A DNA stretch of 64,000 nucleotides from Octopus vulgaris (taxonomy: Eukaryota): positions 120,404,001-120,468,000 of the forward strand of contig OX597818.1 in NCBI GenBank assembly GCA_951406725.2, written 5' to 3'. Below the pieces are notes generated by a model. It was not told the DNA's origin, searched no databases, and saw only the letters and a list, made by a program, of their open reading frames with translations. The stretch's first letter is position 1. Each line of letters opens with the position of its first letter. Positions 62,600 through 64,000 of this stretch are shown in pieces. The translations under genes were made by a program, and so were the position numbers.

Positions 62600-63400
62600 T
62601 AATTATCTTTTGTTTAATGAATGACGTTGTCAGATGTGGTAGGACAGCAGCCATGGTCTTTGAGTTCCCACGAGTAAGGAAAGATAGGAAGAAACCATGA
62701 TTTGTGAGTTGTTGTTGTAGAAAGCATTGCACCAAGTCTCTGAGTTACCCTCAAGTTGGGGACCTGGTCTGAATGCTTTCAACATAATGGACTCTACTTA
62801 AAAGTAGTGGATTAAGATTATCCTCCAAGTTGAAATGTTAAAAAAGAAATTTGTACAATAGGAATTAAAGTTGATTTGGAAAATGCCGTAATAGTGGGAA
62901 AAGAACTTGCTTAAGGACTAAGTAGTATAAAGAATGGTGGCCAATGGGAAGAGGTGTTGACGTTTATGGATGCAATAGGAAAATGTATTGACTGTTGTGG
63001 GCATTGGATAGAGATGGGGATTATTGTGGGCCTAGTCCAGATGTGACAAAATTCACAGGCACATTTGATATATGTGGTGACTGTTATTTGTAAATTGGGT
63101 AAGAGGTGGCAATTGTTGTAGACACACTGGATAAAGTGGCACTGTTGTAGACATATAAGGTATGAATAAGTGTTGACAAGGACATTAGATGCAGAGTGCA
63201 ATGTTCAGCTGTGCCTTTTACATATCTGATGATAGTTATAGGCAAATTGTTGATGTGTGATAATATAGTTGGGGTAGGCATTGGTAGAGGATTGGAATAA
63301 TAGGTTAAACTTGTATTGTTTGCAAAAGATCAAATGTCAAGGTGTACAATGTTGGTGATAATAACAGGTGTAGGAGGGTGATTAAATATTTGTAATGTCT
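62600..63400 (-). mobile_element. Highly degenerate LINE (RT-region) remnant
   Basis: The minus strand is A/C-rich with broken motifs resembling the RT-proximal 'RPIxLLS' and 'VEKAFDxV'. These need frameshifts, so the call is weak. Confidence 0.3.
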
Positions 63401-64000
63401 AGATATCACTTGAGGTTCAGACTTGGTCGTCTCATCACAATGAACTGATTCTTCTTGCTTAGTCTCTGGTCAATCTGATCATGGAAGTCTATGATCAAAG
63501 GTGTTTCAGTCTTGACCGTACTTTCATTTGATTTTGTATTGGTCCATAGTATATTTGATCATTCATTATATTTACTCACTATTAAAGTGACAACACAATA
63601 TTTTCTCTTCTTCAATGAGACAATGAGTAAAAATCAAAATGTTAGTTCAGTTTCTGTGAGGAACGAGATTCTACCAAACCTTTATAGACCATCAGGCAGT
63701 AAGGTATGATCAGAGGACAATTTGGTTGCTATTTCTAACAGATTAGGTGATCATATAAAAACACCTTTGTTGGCTCATCTGGTGAAATCTAAGACATGCA
63801 ACTAAAGTATTCATCTATAGCTTAAAACATGGAGAAAATTGTGTAGCATATACCTGAGATACCTGGAAATATGGAAACGGTAGAGACTATAGATGAGACA
63901 AAAGCAAGTGCAAGATTAAGTAAAAGGAACAATGGTAGCATAACTATATTACTTTCAAATTGCTTAGCTTTAATCCTTCTTTTCCTTTGTATGTATAATT

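Noticed and set aside
62383-62700. 105-aa ORF as a complete gene
   Set aside because: Only 62457-62568 is exon. The rest is read-through into flanking introns past clear splice sites.

Overview
AT-rich, repeat-dense, intron-dominated animal genomic DNA, not prokaryotic. The SINE families and microsatellite load resemble an octopus/coleoid cephalopod genome; that is recognition from memory, not a search result. The only host gene I can support is a Tweety-family (TTYH) membrane protein on the + strand, seen as two in-phase GT-AG exons (59750-59910 and 62457-62568). No first exon is recognisable, so the preceding ~59.7 kb is probably one large intron. That intron holds many copies of at least four SINE-like families, TTAA-flanked piggyBac-type MITEs, hAT-type MITEs with 8-bp TSDs, two non-autonomous Helitrons, a decayed mariner transposase, 3' fragments of RTE-type and RLE/HERO-type LINEs, a ~1 kb 29-bp minisatellite and many microsatellites. 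The most interesting extras are a fold-back with perfect 100-bp arms (16746-17030), other inverted repeats, a degenerate hammerhead-like motif, nested MITE-in-MITE insertions, modular SINE chimeras and a local ~330-bp duplication. Almost all of the supplied ORFs are artefacts of repeats. I found no convincing new multi-gene system. Repeat boundaries were read by eye and are approximate (about +/-10-20 bp) unless a TSD or splice site fixes them.
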